Under the pieces are notes generated by a model that did no database searches, was not told where the DNA came from, and saw only the letters and a program-made list of their open reading frames with translations. The position numbers and the translations under genes were made by a program. From NCBI RefSeq assembly GCF_044465265.1, contig NZ_JBITLP010000001.1, positions 1-32,000 on the forward strand: a stretch of 32,000 nucleotides of DNA, given 5' to 3'. Below are positions 31,393 through 32,000 of this stretch, one piece after another (the stretch's first letter is position 1; each line of letters starts with the position of its first letter). Source of the DNA: Actinoplanes sp. NPDC049681. Lineage in GTDB: Bacteria; Actinomycetota; Actinomycetes; Mycobacteriales; Micromonosporaceae.

Positions 31393-32000
31393 GGTCCAGC
31401 ACTCCCTCCAGTAGGCGAATCTTGCTGTTGCGGCAGTGGTCCGTGATCGTGACATCGAACCGGCCGCGCTCGAAATAGCGGTTGGCCGCGTGGGCGCCCC
31501 CGCAGAAACCGAAATAGGGGCACTGGGCCCGGCACGCCTCCACACCGTTCAGGAACTCGCGGATCCACGGCGTCCCCGTCGCCGCGGCGAGGATCTCCGC
31601 GAGCGGGGTGGCGAGCACGTTACCGCTGCTGAAGTCGCCGTACCGGGCGTCGGAGAAGCCGGCGAGCTCGGGCGAGAGCAGGACCACGCTGCCGTCGTGC
31701 GCCACGGTCGGGATCGGATCGAGGCGCCGGGGCAGCACGTCGTCCGCCGTACCGTCGAGGACCGCCGCCGTGTAGCGCAGCGACCATTCGATTTCGCGCA
31801 GGTGGATCCGCGGATCGCGCCGCCAGGCGCCGACCAGCTCGGCCCAGAAGGCGGTCACGTCCTCCTCCGGGTGCCGGTTCGCGCGGACGTTCACGCCCTC
31901 CAGCTCCTCGACGTTGATCCCCAGCACGTCGCAGCCGAGGTCGAGGAAGTAGTCGTACAGCTCGGTGGCCAGCCCCGGCAGCGGCCGGCCGACCACGCAC
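31361..32000 (-). CDS. Radical SAM/SPASM-domain peptide maturase, C-terminal part only (5' end beyond the window)
   Basis: The C-terminal Cys cluster GVEACRAQCPYFGFCGGAHAANRYF ... TDHC is SPASM/twitch-like. The upstream part, LGINVEELEGVNV, resembles anSME/cyclophane-maturase-type enzymes. The reading frame is open to the window edge. Confidence 0.8.
   Translation of the reverse strand, partial: CVVGRPLPGLATELYDYFLDLGCDVLGINVEELEGVNVRANRHPEEDVTAFWAELVGAWRRDPRIHLREIEWSLRYTAAVLDGTADDVLPRRLDPIPTVAHDGSVVLLSPELAGFSDARYGDFSSGNVLATPLAEILAAATGTPWIREFLNGVEACRAQCPYFGFCGGAHAANRYFERGRFDVTITDHCRNSKIRLLEGVLDHARDHEPTAV

Overview
This is a high-GC (about 70%) filamentous-actinomycete chromosomal window. All family assignments come from reading motifs in the translations, since no database search was possible.

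Contents in order:
- The 5' end of a 16S rRNA gene on the minus strand, with its promoter and leader.
- A Rieske protein, a MEDS-STAS plus HATPase partner-switching pair, a flavoprotein disulfide reductase, a serine hydrolase and a secreted protein.
- A light-response and carotenoid supercluster: crtB-phr on the minus strand, diverging from crtE-crtI-idi-litR on the plus strand.
- A tRNA Glu-Asp-Phe cluster followed by a decayed integrase and an IS5-family transposase stub, which looks like a relic integration site.
- A signalling-rich stretch: a REC-PAS-GAF histidine kinase, an NTF2-like protein, a YCII protein with an ECF42-type sigma factor, an SGNH hydrolase and an RsbW/RsbV-like pair.
- Several small or unknown proteins: DUF2786, a PaaI thioesterase, a DxDxDG-repeat miniprotein, and PrsW with a membrane partner.
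- A kptA-methyltransferase operon and a PPOX/F420 protein.
- The conserved bldC - hypothetical - vdh - DUF3073 block.
- A 27-bp tandem repeat array.
- At the right edge, the 3' part of a radical SAM/SPASM maturase gene. It overlaps a 74-codon ORF whose C-terminus (CAWNHFENIPTFYNWNNRPR) looks like a cyclophane-type RiPP core.

The RiPP pair is the best candidate for an undescribed system, but it is cut by the window end. No CRISPR array, intact IS or recognisable defence system was seen.
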